Origin: Candidatus Poribacteria bacterium
GTDB taxonomy: Bacteria > Poribacteria > WGA-4E > JAJDTR01
Assembly: GCA_965222225.1 (NCBI GenBank)
Contig: CBDCTK010000002.1
Coordinates: 2,336,001-2,400,000, forward strand
Direction of reading: 5' to 3'
DNA: 64,000 bases
Program-made: the position numbers and the translations under genes
In this document: positions 22,300 to 33,271 of the stretch, one piece after another
How positions within the stretch are numbered: position 1 is the first letter of the stretch
Layout of the letters: the number at the start of each line of letters is the position of its first letter
Notes under the pieces: generated by a model
Databases searched by the model: none
What the model saw: only the letters and a program-made list of their open reading frames with translations
What the model was told of the DNA's origin: nothing

Positions 22300-22405
22300 G
22301 TAGGTTGGGTTGAACGGAAATCCAAGAGAAATCGCGCACAGAGAGAAGACTTCCGATGTTTCATTCTGCCCGAAAGCGCAGGACATTCGAGTGAAACCCA
22401 ACACC
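22300..22405 (+). repeat. ~100-bp long-loop REP-like element GTAGGTTGGGTT...AACCCAAC
   Basis: Internal sequence matches 10720-10805. Confidence 0.65.
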
Positions 22406-22507
22406 TCATCTGTAGGAGCGATCTCCGAATCGCGACTTTAATTCACGCCATTGATGCACTTGCATTTTAGAGAAACGGTGTTACTACCATTCTAAAAGGA
22501 AAGGCGC

Positions 22508-23143
22508 ATGATTTTAGACCAGTTGGTTGTAAGTCCTTTTCAATCGAACTGCTGGATCTTCGGGTGCGACGAAACCCTTGAGGGTGTCGTGATTGATCCG
22601 GGCGATGAAGCCGAACGCATCCTGGAATCCGTCCAGAATTACGGCTTGACCATCAAATACCTCATTCATACGCATGGGCACCTCGACCATGTGGGCGCCA
22701 CCGCCGCCGTGCAACGCGAAACTGACGGCTTAACCCTCATACATGAAGCCGACCAAATCATGCTCGACAATCTGCCAGCTCAAGCAGCCCTGTTCGGAGG
22801 CGGCGACCCCGAAATCCCAGCCGTCGATCAGTACATCAAGGAAGGCGACCTCATCTCATTCGGGCGTTACGTCCTGTCCGTCATTGAAACCCCCGGTCAC
22901 AGCCCCGGAGGCATCTGCCTCAAGCTGGAAGGTAAGGAGCAAGGCGTTTTCGCCGGGGACACGCTCTTTAAGGGCAGTATCGGTCGAACGGATTTGTGGG
23001 GCGGCTCTTACGAGCAACTATTGGACTCAATCCGAGACCAACTCTTGCCGCTCGACGACGACACGCCAGTCTTCCCCGGTCACGGACCGCAGACAACAAT
23101 AGGCGCCGAAAAGCGAAATAACCCCTTCTTACATGGACTTTAA
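22508..23143 (+). CDS. Metallo-beta-lactamase fold hydrolase (glyoxalase II-like)
   Basis: THGHLDH, TPGHSPG, GDTLF, PGHG. Confidence 0.93.
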   Translation: MILDQLVVSPFQSNCWIFGCDETLEGVVIDPGDEAERILESVQNYGLTIKYLIHTHGHLDHVGATAAVQRETDGLTLIHEADQIMLDNLPAQAALFGGGDPEIPAVDQYIKEGDLISFGRYVLSVIETPGHSPGGICLKLEGKEQGVFAGDTLFKGSIGRTDLWGGSYEQLLDSIRDQLLPLDDDTPVFPGHGPQTTIGAEKRNNPFLHGL

Positions 23144-23197
23144 GCGCCCTTAGAGCATAATGTATACATTTTCAAAAGCGGTGTGTGGTCGAGAGGT

Positions 23198-23235
23198 CCC
23201 CAATCTTCCAACCTTCCGTCCTTCCAATCTTCCTC
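23198..23235 (+). repeat. Short tandem octamer repeat (YCTTCCNN)n
   Basis: tcttccaa ccttccgt ccttccaa tcttcctc between convergent genes. Confidence 0.6.
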
Positions 23236-23282
23236 AAAAGGTGTCTCCACGTTCAAACCGGGAGGGATGTAACACTCCGCGC

Positions 23283-24086
23283 TCATCGTGTCCCAGAGTG
23301 TTCCCTTATCTCCCATACCTCGCACCCTTGAAAACGCATGTGTACCTCCTCCACATACTTCGGTCGCGTGAGATAGCTATTCACACCCGGCACCGCCGCG
23401 CCGCGCAGCAGAAACGCACAAGAATTCGGTTGGCTGACGATGCGCGTGCTCGTCGGAATATACCGAATCGTCAAGCCGCCGCGCCGCTTGGATGACGTGT
23501 TCGCGTTCGATCCGTGTATGATGTTCGGGTGATGCACCGAGATATCTCCCGCCTTGAGCACAAAGTCGACAGCGCAGGATTCGTCGACCAGCTCCGGATC
23601 TATTCCCGAACTGAGTACATTGGGAATCTCGGTACGCGGTTTCATTTCATGCAGATCCAGTGTGTGCGTTCCCGGAATCACACGCATACACCCGTTTTCC
23701 GGCATCGAATCATCCACGGCGAGCCACAACGTCACAACCTCCATCGGCTCTAGGGGCCAATAACTGCCGTCTTGATGCCATAGTACCGGATGCCCATCGG
23801 ATGGCGGTTTGCAGATATAGTGCGAGGCAAATAGGGCGATATTCGGTCCGACGAAAATCTCCGCAATATCCAACAGTCGTTCGTCGCTGACGAGTCGCAC
23901 CCAAAACGGGTCGTCGACGACAAGCGGATGATGGTATTGCTCCGGTCGTAACTCCGGATTCTTCTCCTGCAGCCAGTCTAGGTGGCGGCTCGCCTCCTGG
24001 ACCAAGCCGGGGTCAAGCACATTCCGAAAAATTGCGTACCCATCCCGTTTGTATTTCTGAAGCACGTCGTCAGCACGATTCATCAT
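23283..24086 (-). CDS. Phytanoyl-CoA dioxygenase (PhyH) family protein
   Basis: WHQD, ENGCMRVIPGTH, IIHGS..N; AGGAG RBS. Confidence 0.9.
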   Translation of the reverse strand: MMNRADDVLQKYKRDGYAIFRNVLDPGLVQEASRHLDWLQEKNPELRPEQYHHPLVVDDPFWVRLVSDERLLDIAEIFVGPNIALFASHYICKPPSDGHPVLWHQDGSYWPLEPMEVVTLWLAVDDSMPENGCMRVIPGTHTLDLHEMKPRTEIPNVLSSGIDPELVDESCAVDFVLKAGDISVHHPNIIHGSNANTSSKRRGGLTIRYIPTSTRIVSQPNSCAFLLRGAAVPGVNSYLTRPKYVEEVHMRFQGCEVWEIREHSGTR

Positions 24087-24150
24087 ATCTCCTACCAGAT
24101 AGCTCGATTGGAATCCTTTGAGAGGCATTCCTTGTCCATGGTAACCACTA

Positions 24151-26367
24151 TCACGGCAGCCACCAATACGTTATTTTCCCGATGATTGTCCAGTCGCGGA
24201 GATTGATGCCCTCCCCTTCAGTATCATAGGTCTGGTTGACGACCAAGTAGAAATCGCTCCCCGGACGATAGATATAGTTTATCAGGAGGTTGGCGGACAC
24301 AGCGTCTCCGTCACTGCTCCACTGCGCGAACAGCTTAGTAAAGAGCGTCGTCGAGAAGGAATAACTCACGCGTCCACCAAAAATGCTGGCATTGAACGCC
24401 TTCGATGGGAGACTAACGCGATTAAACTCAAGCAACGGCTGTATACTCAGCCGCGCATTCGGCTTGATGATTGCGTCCACGCCAATTCCGCGCCTCGTAC
24501 CGTGATAGAACTCCCCGAACTCTACGCGCAGTTCACCGAATACCTTACGACTGCTACTGCCGTAAATTGACCCTCGAAACCAAGTGAAGTTATAGTCTCC
24601 GCTTGGAATGACAGCGTCCTGAATTTGAAAAACTTCCGTCAGATGCTCCGTCGTATGCCTTGCTTGGAAACCTATCCAATCCCCGCTTTCAAGGTCGAAT
24701 TCGCTGTCAAGAACAAGCTCTCGTGTTTCCAGTTCATTGTCGCGATTCAACACAAGTTCAATCTCGGGACCGGTTTCAATCTGACGTATTCCGAATGCCT
24801 GCGGCCAAGGGGTATATTGCGCTTTACCACGAATATGGCGAACCCCTCTGCGCCGAACAAATCCAACTTCAGGATTGAACTCCCCTCCGATATCGGTATA
24901 TGAGCCATCCACTTGAAAACGATTGCTACGCCAGTCGCCCCCCAAATAAAAGGCGTCGTTCTGTTCGGATACCCCGTCATCAAGCGTGCGCGCCCAAAGT
25001 CCTCGGATATCTAGGTCTTTCCGCGGCCGATAGGAAAAATCAAACCCCGCCGTGCGATTGTAGGCATCGGCGCTTTGCTTATTGATGGCGATCACGCCGA
25101 TAGATGACCCGCTGAAGATGTCCCTCGTCAAGCGCAGCACGGAGTAATTTGTGCGGGGTTCCGCCACCTCTTCGTCCTGAAATTCATCCGTGAACACGTC
25201 AAGCACACCGACGCCGTAGGGGCCAACTTTTCCAGTTATCTTACCGCCCGCGACAATCGGGACCGCACGTTCTTGTGCCAGACCGATGCGACGGCTGTAG
25301 AAGAGAAGCAACGGCGGTGGCCTGTGGAAACTGGGGCGCGGAATACCGACATCAAAGATACCGGCGCCTTCTAGAAAGAAGGGGCGCTGCTCCGGGAAAA
25401 ACAGGTCGAAGCGAGTGAGATTGACCTGCTCTTCATCGGCTTCAACCTGCGCGAAGTCGGTGTTCAGCGTGAGGTCTGCCGTCAGATTTGACGTGATGCC
25501 GTACTTGAGGTCCAAACCTGCCTCAAACACCGCATTGGTCTGCGCCTCCTCTGCTTCGCGGCTGCTACCGGCTGAAACATAAGGGAGGATTTCCAGATTG
25601 CGTGAGGGGGAGATGCCCTCCAATCCCGTGAGACTGCCGAAGTAGGCGGTGCGATACTTTCCAAGGGGACCGTATGTCTTAGGCGCCGGATTCCATGCCC
25701 CTATCTCTTGGGTACGCGCAATCTCTCGACCGAAGTTTATCCCCCACGTCATCACATCGTTTTTCTCAAAGCGGAGTTGACTGAACGGTATGGCAATCTC
25801 CGTCGTCCAATTATCGGCATTGATTCTGCTGCGACACTCCCAAACGATATCCCAGTTGGTATTCCGGCTATCGCCGCTGTTCGACACCGCTGTGTCTTCC
25901 ATCCCACCCAATGGGTTGAAACGGAAGAAAACCGCATTGCGCCGATCGTTGTAGGTGTCCAATAGCAGAAAACCGTAGTCGTTGGACCGCAGTCCCTCGG
26001 AATCCCGGCGCATCTCGTTCGCAACTAGCTTCTCCATCTCCGCGTCGAAAAAGGTGAAACCGAAGTAAAGATTCTTCTCATCATAAAGAATCCGCACCTC
26101 GCTCGCCTGGGTCATAGGCACGCCTTGGTTCGGTTGTATCTGGAGCAACTCGCGAATCGGCTCTACATTTCGCCAAGCAGGCTCATCAAGATTCCCGTCG
26201 ACCTTGATGTTCTCAGAAATCCGGTGGGCAGAGAGGCGATGTTGCACCGGTTCCGCGGTCACAACGAGCGGAGCCAACGGCGTGCAAATCGATAGTATAA
26301 GCAGAAGATTTCCAACCCTCCAACTCAAGCGCGCCAGAGATTGGTTAGCAAGAAGAAAATGAGACAT
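24151..26367 (-). CDS. CBM9-like plus DUF5916 domain outer-membrane protein
   Basis: VDGNLDEPAW, WTTEIAIPFSQLRF, NTDFAQVEAD, FFPEQRPFFLEG, beta-strand-rich C-terminus. Confidence 0.85.
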   Translation of the reverse strand: MSHFLLANQSLARLSWRVGNLLLILSICTPLAPLVVTAEPVQHRLSAHRISENIKVDGNLDEPAWRNVEPIRELLQIQPNQGVPMTQASEVRILYDEKNLYFGFTFFDAEMEKLVANEMRRDSEGLRSNDYGFLLLDTYNDRRNAVFFRFNPLGGMEDTAVSNSGDSRNTNWDIVWECRSRINADNWTTEIAIPFSQLRFEKNDVMTWGINFGREIARTQEIGAWNPAPKTYGPLGKYRTAYFGSLTGLEGISPSRNLEILPYVSAGSSREAEEAQTNAVFEAGLDLKYGITSNLTADLTLNTDFAQVEADEEQVNLTRFDLFFPEQRPFFLEGAGIFDVGIPRPSFHRPPPLLLFYSRRIGLAQERAVPIVAGGKITGKVGPYGVGVLDVFTDEFQDEEVAEPRTNYSVLRLTRDIFSGSSIGVIAINKQSADAYNRTAGFDFSYRPRKDLDIRGLWARTLDDGVSEQNDAFYLGGDWRSNRFQVDGSYTDIGGEFNPEVGFVRRRGVRHIRGKAQYTPWPQAFGIRQIETGPEIELVLNRDNELETRELVLDSEFDLESGDWIGFQARHTTEHLTEVFQIQDAVIPSGDYNFTWFRGSIYGSSSRKVFGELRVEFGEFYHGTRRGIGVDAIIKPNARLSIQPLLEFNRVSLPSKAFNASIFGGRVSYSFSTTLFTKLFAQWSSDGDAVSANLLINYIYRPGSDFYLVVNQTYDTEGEGINLRDWTIIGKITYWWLP

Positions 26368-26480
26368 GACGGAATCACTTTATTTTATTAGGACGGGGCA
26401 CCCTTGTGCAGATTACGGCATACGGAGTATGCCTACTACTGTTTTCCGATTCAGTTAAATTGGGGGTTGGGTTTCGCTAG

Positions 26481-26557
26481 GATCAAATGAGCGATTAGCG
26501 AATGCGATATAGATCTTAGGCGATAGAAAATGCCATTCGCTATCCGTTCGCTTGATC
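26481..26557. repeat. One forward and one reverse GA-hairpin element
   Basis: Forward copy at 26481; reverse partial copy ending at 26557. Confidence 0.8.
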
Positions 26558-26591
26558 AGCGCTAGTGCTTTCAAAGGCCACAGCGTCGAGC

Positions 26592-27431
26592 TTAGAACGA
26601 CAGACCGATCTCGCTCGCCACACCGGTTATATAACCCTTCGCCAAGTCATACTCTTCTTTCCCGGGCAGGTGCTCCATCATCAACGGCACATCCCCCGGC
26701 AGGCGATTCAACTCCGCGAGATAGGTGCGGTAGTCCAAGCTGCCCGTCCCCGGACGGCACTCCTGTATCTCCACCATGAAGGTCGGATACATCACGATAT
26801 CTTTGCCGTGGCAACTGACGATGGCGTCCCCAAGTTTCTCGAAACACTCCCGAATGACGCTAGTGTTGTTGAAAAATCGCCACGGCGAGGTGATGATGTT
26901 GACGGGATCCAGGTGCACCCGAAACGACGGACGATCAACCGCTTTGAGCAGAGCGACGTAGGAATCGGCGCTGTCCGGAAAAACCGAGGGCATCATCTCC
27001 AACAGAAAACTCGCACGCCTCGGTTTAGCCGTATCCAGAATCTGCCGGACAACCTCCACAATGAGATCGAAACACTCGTCCGTCAGATTCTTGGGGTGAG
27101 GAGCGGTTGACGAGGCTAGGTCGTATGTGCCGGAATAATTCACACAGCCCAGTGCACCGACTTCGTCCGCCACCGCAAGCCGTTCACAGACGGTGTCAAT
27201 CTGCGCACCCCGCTTTTCCAAATCGGGGGAAATCATATTTCCCCATGCGCCTCCGACTTCGGCAATCACGACTCCCTCTGCGCCAAAGGCGCGCTCAATC
27301 TCCCGCATGCGTGCCGGTTCTTGCGAGGTAACCCTCGGGCAATAGGCGGCGCGAAAACCTTCTGCCGTATGGGCTCTCGCTAACGCTGCCGGGTCATCGG
27401 TGTTAACGAAAACGGGTCCGCCAAGTCTCAT
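26592..27431 (-). CDS. Sugar phosphate isomerase/epimerase (xylose isomerase-like TIM barrel)
   Basis: LEMMP, HLDPVN, HGKD, PGTGSLDY, MEH metal-site pattern. Confidence 0.88.
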   Translation of the reverse strand: MRLGGPVFVNTDDPAALARAHTAEGFRAAYCPRVTSQEPARMREIERAFGAEGVVIAEVGGAWGNMISPDLEKRGAQIDTVCERLAVADEVGALGCVNYSGTYDLASSTAPHPKNLTDECFDLIVEVVRQILDTAKPRRASFLLEMMPSVFPDSADSYVALLKAVDRPSFRVHLDPVNIITSPWRFFNNTSVIRECFEKLGDAIVSCHGKDIVMYPTFMVEIQECRPGTGSLDYRTYLAELNRLPGDVPLMMEHLPGKEEYDLAKGYITGVASEIGLSF

Positions 27432-27738
27432 GATCCATCTCCCTTCAAGGTCGGGGCAAAATGATTGCAGTTCAGTGTAAAAAGATTGGATTTCTTCTGG
27501 ATCTTATCGTCATAATCTTGTATCCTTAATATGCCATTTTAGCACACACTCGACGAAACTGTAAACAGCCTTTTCCTAGCCTTGCTCGTTTGCATTTACC
27601 TAGTTCCGACGCTCGGTTTATCCCGTCAATCAAGGCATCACCGCACTGAAAAACGGTGCTTTCGTCTGTCGAGGCGTGCTTCCTTCAACCGAAACAGACC
27701 CGCTTCAGCACTGAAGCCCAAGGAACAACCCAAGTCCT

Positions 27739-29142
27739 ATGCGGACCGCGTCAACCGATACGCCCGAGTCAGAAATACAGAATAACGAGGAAAACAAACG
27801 CGAGCGCAATCGCAATTTTAGATTCGCCATGTTGCAAGGCACGTTCATGCGAATGAGTTTTACTTTGATTGATGCCGCGACAATCCTCCCCGCCTTTGTT
27901 TATACCCTCACTCAATCAAAGATTCTGGTCGGACTGACGGGATCGCTGCAGCCAGCCGGTTGGATGTGGCCTCAGCTCCTGATGTCGAATCTACTTGAGC
28001 ATCGTCCGCGGAAGATGAAATTCTACGCATTTGGAATGGCTGTCCGCATCACGATGTGGGTGGCTATCTGTCTCGCCGTAATCTTCATCGGCGCCCAACG
28101 ACCGGTGACGCTTGCCATCTGCTTCCTGATGTTCTATTTCATTGCCGCCTCGGCGATGGGCGTCTCGACAATTCCCTACATGGATATTATCTCAAAGGCG
28201 TTCGGCCCGCGGCTCAGAACACAATACTTCAGCCTTCGCCAACTCTACGGCGGTTTGTGCAGCGTCCTTCTCGGTTTCTTCATTCGAGCGGTGCTGGGCA
28301 AAGAATCGGAATTCATTGGCCCCTTTGGCGGCGTTACCCGGTTCTTTAAGTCACTCGTCAATTTCTTTGTTTTCTCGGTGTTGGGATTGAGCTCCGAGCT
28401 GTCGTTTCCTTACACCTATTGCACCCTGTTTGTCTGCGCAATCGTGACCTTCAGCTTGTCAGTGATGTTCTTTCTCAGAATCCGTGAACCTGTCGGACCC
28501 GTGCAAGCCTCGCGTCAGCCCATCAGGCAACACCTCAAACGCGGCCCCTATTTCCTGCGGATAGATGCGAATTATCGACGACTTCTGTTACTCCGGATCT
28601 GCCACCACTCCGCCGGAATGTCAGTTCCGTTCTATGTCCCGTTCGCCATGCAGAACCTTGGCATTTCAGAGGCAACAGTCGGCTCTTTCCTCATCACCAT
28701 GGCGCTCACCGGCGTGGTCTCAAACATCTGGTGAGCTCATGTCGCGAACCATTACGGCGTCAGATGGGTCTTGATAATGACCGCGGCAATCATGGCGCTG
28801 CCACCTCTGTTCGCGCTTCTGGTGCGATTCTTGCCGCTCGCTTGGCGGACGCCATGCTATTATCTGGTGTTCTCGGCAGAAGGGGCCTCCATAGGCGGCA
28901 TGTGGGTTGGTTTCATGGCATATCTGCTCAATATCGCTCCGCCATTGAGTCGCCCAACCTATCTCGGGTTTATGAATACCCTTCTGTTTCCGATGAGTTT
29001 CGCTCCTCTTCTTGGAGGTGTATTGGTAAACACTGTGAATTACGGCGGGTTGTTCCTCATGTCGATCGCCTGCGGCGTCCTGGCCCTTCTGGTCACAAGA
29101 CGACTGGACAACGACGTTTATGAGGATGAAGGCAGCATCTGA
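27739..29142 (+). pseudogene. MFS transporter interrupted by an in-frame TGA (28732-28734)
   Basis: ORFs 27739-28734 and 28771-29142 share one frame; read-through NIW*AHVANHYGVRW falls in the MFS loop motif; many TM helices. Confidence 0.8.
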
Positions 29143-29277
29143 ACCAAGCCGCCCCTGCAGGAGAGGAACTTGGCTATCCTCGATTTTTTTCGATCTCACA
29201 ATTGAAGATAGAACCTTGAATCCCCAAATCTTATTAAATTAGTTCCTGCTGAGTGCGTACCGTCTACCATCTCCTTT

Positions 29278-29490
29278 GTAGGGTGGGCACTGCCCACCAT
29301 CGCCTTGTAAACGCCTTATTCCTATAGCCAAAATGTGACCATTTCTCGCACTCCAGCGGAAATCAAGCAAGTGAATAATGAACGATCGAGCGAACGAATA
29401 ACGAGTGATCAACTGACTGGATAAGGAAGGCGATAGCAATCCCATAGAGATCCCTCAAGCGAGGGAGTACCGAGTGCGATAGAGATTCTC
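29278..29490 (+). repeat. REP at 29278 plus a GA-hairpin cluster (full copy at 29407)
   Basis: Direct sequence match to the consensus. Confidence 0.85.
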
Positions 29491-29678
29491 AATGTCTATA
29501 GCAAGAAATCACCTCTCTTTCCCGCTCCAGAGGAGCGGAATGTTATCATTTCCATGAAAGTTCAATATCATCTCAATAAGATGTGGAGAGCGGTAAACCC
29601 TTATCGGTAGGAAGTCAGCGCCTTGATGGTCACAGATTTTCTAGATTCAGGCGCAGTTGTCCCGTTCGGTAATTTGGT

Positions 29679-29707
29679 TTGACATGCCAATCGTCTTCAG
29701 GTATTCT
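29679..29707 (+). promoter_or_regulatory. Putative sigma70 promoter
   Basis: TTGACA-N17-TATTCT. Confidence 0.5.
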
Positions 29708-29957
29708 TTTTCAAGGTAACGGGTGCGCAAACAAAGCAACGCGAAGGAGGCTATAAGTATGGGACAGCAGAAGCAAAAATCCCACGTCAGCTATTCCAAA
29801 GACGCCGTATTCAAGGATAGCCTTAACACGACCGCCAAGGATGGACAGCGTGCCGGGCCATGACGAATAACAGAGCAGGAAACCGTTCCAAATTTTGATA
29901 GGACGATTGACTGTCCGTTGACGGAATATCCCCGTTCTGTTTGAGGAGAAAACAACC

Positions 29958-30824
29958 ATGGCAAAGGAAGTCGTTGGTTTCATCGGTCTCGGCAATATGG
30001 GCAAGCCGATGGCGGACAATATTACCCGCGCCGGATACGAAATGGTGGTCTTCGACATCGCCGGGACAGCAGAACGCGCATCTGAAGGAGCGACGATTGC
30101 CGCGTCGGTGCACGACGTAGCAGAACAATCGACAACCGTCTTCCTAAGCCTCCCAACGCTTGTCGCCCATACCGAAGTCGCAACGGAGATTGCCGAAAGT
30201 AACGTACGCGAGGGGCTTGTTGTGGTTAATACATCAACGGTCGGAGCAAGAGTTGCCGCCGAAGCTCACCAACGGCTCAGTGAAAAAGGCGTCGGTTATG
30301 CTGACGCCCCCGTGTCCGGAGGCGCGTCCGGCGCACGGAAGGGCACCCTCACCGTCATCTTTTCCGGCGACGCAACGCTGTTCACGCGGTTACAGCCGTT
30401 ATTCGACATTATCGGCGCCAACAGTTTCAACGTTGGTAGCGAACCCGGTCAAGGGCAGCGGATGAAGATGGTGAACAATCACCTGGCAATCTCAGCCCTG
30501 CTTACCACGAGCGAAGCGTTGGCGTATGGAGAGACGGGCGGACTCGACATGAAAACCATGCTTGATATCCTAAACGTGTCTTCCGGACGGAGCTATACCA
30601 CCGAGCACATATTTCCGAACTTCGTCCTCACCGAAACTTACGACAGCGGCGGTCAGGCATCAATCATTCGGAAGGATATCGGGTTGTTTGTTCAAGAGTC
30701 AATAACAGATGGATGCCGCCATGGTCTGGCGAAAACGACGCTTGACCTCTTGGAGGCATTTGATGACGAGAACCCCGACAGCGACCAAACGGAGATTTAT
30801 CCCTATATTTGCCACAAAAAGTAG
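29958..30824 (+). CDS. 3-hydroxyisobutyrate/beta-hydroxyacid dehydrogenase family
   Basis: GFIGLGNMG, DAPVSGG, KMVNN. Confidence 0.92.
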   Translation: MAKEVVGFIGLGNMGKPMADNITRAGYEMVVFDIAGTAERASEGATIAASVHDVAEQSTTVFLSLPTLVAHTEVATEIAESNVREGLVVVNTSTVGARVAAEAHQRLSEKGVGYADAPVSGGASGARKGTLTVIFSGDATLFTRLQPLFDIIGANSFNVGSEPGQGQRMKMVNNHLAISALLTTSEALAYGETGGLDMKTMLDILNVSSGRSYTTEHIFPNFVLTETYDSGGQASIIRKDIGLFVQESITDGCRHGLAKTTLDLLEAFDDENPDSDQTEIYPYICHKK

Positions 30825-30826
30825 CT

Positions 30827-30965
30827 GTAGGGTGCGATCCACCGACTGATTAAGGAGGGCGATAGAAAGTCTTGATAGAGATCCTACCAGCCTCTAAAAG
30901 CCTAGGGTGGATCAAACGAGTGGATAACGATCAAGCGAACGAATAGTGAGTGCGATAGAAATCTC
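30827..30965 (+). repeat. Cluster of covarying GA-hairpin elements
   Basis: Full copies at 30836 and 30929, partial at 30910. Confidence 0.9.
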
Positions 30966-31053
30966 GCAGGCAATTGTTCCTCAAATGCAAAAATATGGCA
31001 TTGCCATCTATTTTTCAAACAAACTCTAAATAAACCTGATTCTCCAACCGAAA

Positions 31054-31842
31054 ATGAAACTAACGACAATGCAAACTAATTCATGGACGACCAAAGCCGT
31101 AATCGGTGTAGGTGTCCTCTCCATCTTCGTTGGCGGGGCACTAATCGTACGCCGTATCACCGCCTCCTCCGACGAATCGCCTCGCGTCGTTTATCAACTT
31201 CCCAAGACGAGGAACTCCGAACAGAGAAAGCAACTCCTCCAACGAATCACACGCGCACAGGTGAGGCGGGTGCCGAAAGCTGCCGCAACCCCTTCCGACG
31301 ATCGAAGTGAGAGCGAATTTAGCCAGAGCAATTCAGTCTCCGACCGGGATGAAACAGAGGAACGTTTTGACGCCATAGAATTCGAAGAATGGGCTGAAGA
31401 GGAACAGTACGAGGAGCTGACCGCTTATGACAAGATATACGACAATCTGTATAGCACCACCACGAGAATTCAATCGGTCATGAAGCAGATAGAACGCATT
31501 GATGAGGAAGTCGAACGAGTTTTCGGCGAGTGGAAACGCAACGTCCGTGATCCGAAAAATCTCACCGAGGAAGAGGAACGCACGATCGCGGAGGCAAAGG
31601 AGGAGATGGAGGCCATGTTTGAGGCACGTGAAGAATTAAACGAGAGCTTGGGCTCGTTCGTTGAAGATGTCGCGAGCGCTGTGCCGAGCGCGCTTCGCAC
31701 GCAATCCTATGGGGCCGAAAAACAGCGTCTAAGTTTCGATTACGGTCAGATTCGCTCGGCGCTTGGCGCCCCCCCGGAGCAACACAACACACAACTCTCC
31801 GAATTTTTCGCGTCATTCGAATATTGGAGCGTGTCAAAATAA
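31054..31842 (+). CDS. Hypothetical membrane-anchored, acidic coiled-coil protein
   Basis: One N-terminal TM helix followed by an E/K/R-rich helical region. Confidence 0.65.
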   Translation: MKLTTMQTNSWTTKAVIGVGVLSIFVGGALIVRRITASSDESPRVVYQLPKTRNSEQRKQLLQRITRAQVRRVPKAAATPSDDRSESEFSQSNSVSDRDETEERFDAIEFEEWAEEEQYEELTAYDKIYDNLYSTTTRIQSVMKQIERIDEEVERVFGEWKRNVRDPKNLTEEEERTIAEAKEEMEAMFEAREELNESLGSFVEDVASAVPSALRTQSYGAEKQRLSFDYGQIRSALGAPPEQHNTQLSEFFASFEYWSVSK

Positions 31843-31860
31843 CCCATGCACACCAAACCC

Positions 31861-31916
31861 GTAGGCGGGGATCAACCGAGCGGATAGCGAGGGCGATAGA
31901 GAGCCCCTTGCCCCGC
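31861..31916 (+). repeat. GA-hairpin element between the arms of a REP (gtaggcgggg...ttgccccgc)
   Basis: gatcaa cc ga gc ggata gc ga gg gcgatag at 31870. Confidence 0.85.
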
Positions 31917-32017
31917 ATCTGATAGACTTGATTGACGCTATTTATACACTGCAAATATAGGGAAATGGTATAAACAGCGAACAGGAATCGCCACTTCCCC
32001 CTAGTCCCCCAGATAGG

Positions 32018-32386
32018 ATGAACAAGACAGCCGAACTTCGCAAAGGAATCGAGGAATTCAATCGCGGCGACTATTTTGAGTGTCACGAAACCTTGGAAGA
32101 CGTTTGGATGCTAGAGGCAGGCGAAAATAAGCGATTCTATCAGGGGCTAATCCAACTTAGCGTCGGTTTCTTCCACCTGCTCAATCACAACCTCCGCGGA
32201 ACAGCAAGTCAATGGGAAAAGGGAATTGCGAAGCTAACCGATTATGACGATGAACACTTGGGCGTCAACCTGAAAACGCTCCTTGCCAAGATGCAGCGCT
32301 GTCACGACATGTTGGAAGCCGTCCGAGAGGGTCGGCAGGCGGAGTTTGACTGGGCACTCGCGCCGCAAATCATCACAACTTGGTAG
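32018..32386 (+). CDS. DUF309 family protein
   Basis: FN.GDYFECHETLEDVW and QGLIQ motifs. Confidence 0.9.
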   Translation: MNKTAELRKGIEEFNRGDYFECHETLEDVWMLEAGENKRFYQGLIQLSVGFFHLLNHNLRGTASQWEKGIAKLTDYDDEHLGVNLKTLLAKMQRCHDMLEAVREGRQAEFDWALAPQIITTW

Positions 32387-32411
32387 TAGCGCAATTCTTC
32401 GCGCGTCTTCT

Positions 32412-32485
32412 GTAGGAGCGAGTTTTACTCGCGACTCGAAAGTTTTGCTCGCCACAGGAGGTCGCGACCGGCAGATCGCTCCTAC
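32412..32485. repeat. Inverted REP doublet (REPIN-like)
   Basis: GTAGGAGCGA...TCGCGAC / GTCGCGA...TCGCTCCTAC. Confidence 0.75.
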
Positions 32486-32529
32486 AGTAGGTCTGTAGTA
32501 ATGATCTTCGTTTTTCGTGAAAACTCAAT

Positions 32530-32627
32530 CTCTAAATACGGTACTACTTCCCTACACCCCAAAGCGCCAGCGGCGCGAAAGGTGTATAGCCGTGAAAATA
32601 ACAACGTAATAAAGCCCCAGCGGGGCT
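32530..32627. repeat. ~100-bp repeat with GCSCCAGCGGSGC hairpins
   Basis: Reverse-complement match to 60478-60575; related sequence at 37210-37280. Confidence 0.7.
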
Positions 32628-32803
32628 TACAAAATCTGGCGCAAGGGTTTCATCTTGATTTGACGATCGATATTAGTATGCCCCTACTGGATTGCGTAGG
32701 CAAAACTCGGTTTCTCGCGTGAAAATTGAACAACCGTTAGAAAACGGGGCGTGCGGTGAGTTACAAAGATTAAGTCGCAAAAAAGAGAGGAGGTCGATCA
32801 ACG

Positions 32804-33235
32804 GTGTCAAAGCAAACCGATAGTGAAGTGGTTTTGACGATACCAATGCACCCGAGTATGGAACTCGTGGCGGCACAGACCGGCTCTCTGATCGCCGAAG
32901 CAAACGGTTTCGATGAGAAATGTATCGAAGAGATTCAACTCGCGATTATCGAAACGTGCATCAACGCCTTTGAGCACAGCAAGAGCGACGATCGGCGGGT
33001 GCACATCAAATTCATAATCAAGGATAACGAGTTGGTGCTTAAAATCACTGATCGCGGCGTCGGTTTTCAGCTTGATCCGGACAAATTGCCGCCGGAGGGC
33101 GAATCAAAGTCACAGGAACTACGTAAACGCGGGTGGGGGCTAGAGCTTATAAGAAACATGATGGACAATCTCTATGTCGATAGCAACGAGCACGAAACCA
33201 CAATTACATTGGTAAAAAAGAAACCTGATTATTGA
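32804..33235 (+). CDS. Anti-sigma factor/serine kinase (RsbW-like, HATPase_c_2)
   Basis: E..INAFEH, ITDRGVGF, RGWGL. Confidence 0.9.
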   Translation: MSKQTDSEVVLTIPMHPSMELVAAQTGSLIAEANGFDEKCIEEIQLAIIETCINAFEHSKSDDRRVHIKFIIKDNELVLKITDRGVGFQLDPDKLPPEGESKSQELRKRGWGLELIRNMMDNLYVDSNEHETTITLVKKKPDY

Positions 33236-33271
33236 TTGAGTTGTCTAACTTGAAAGGTTGAGGAGACCAAA

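Noticed and set aside
28732-28734. Selenocysteine or stop-codon reassignment
   Set aside because: The interrupting stops differ (TAA, TGA, TAG), all three codons end normal genes here, and the MFS site is not a catalytic Cys position.
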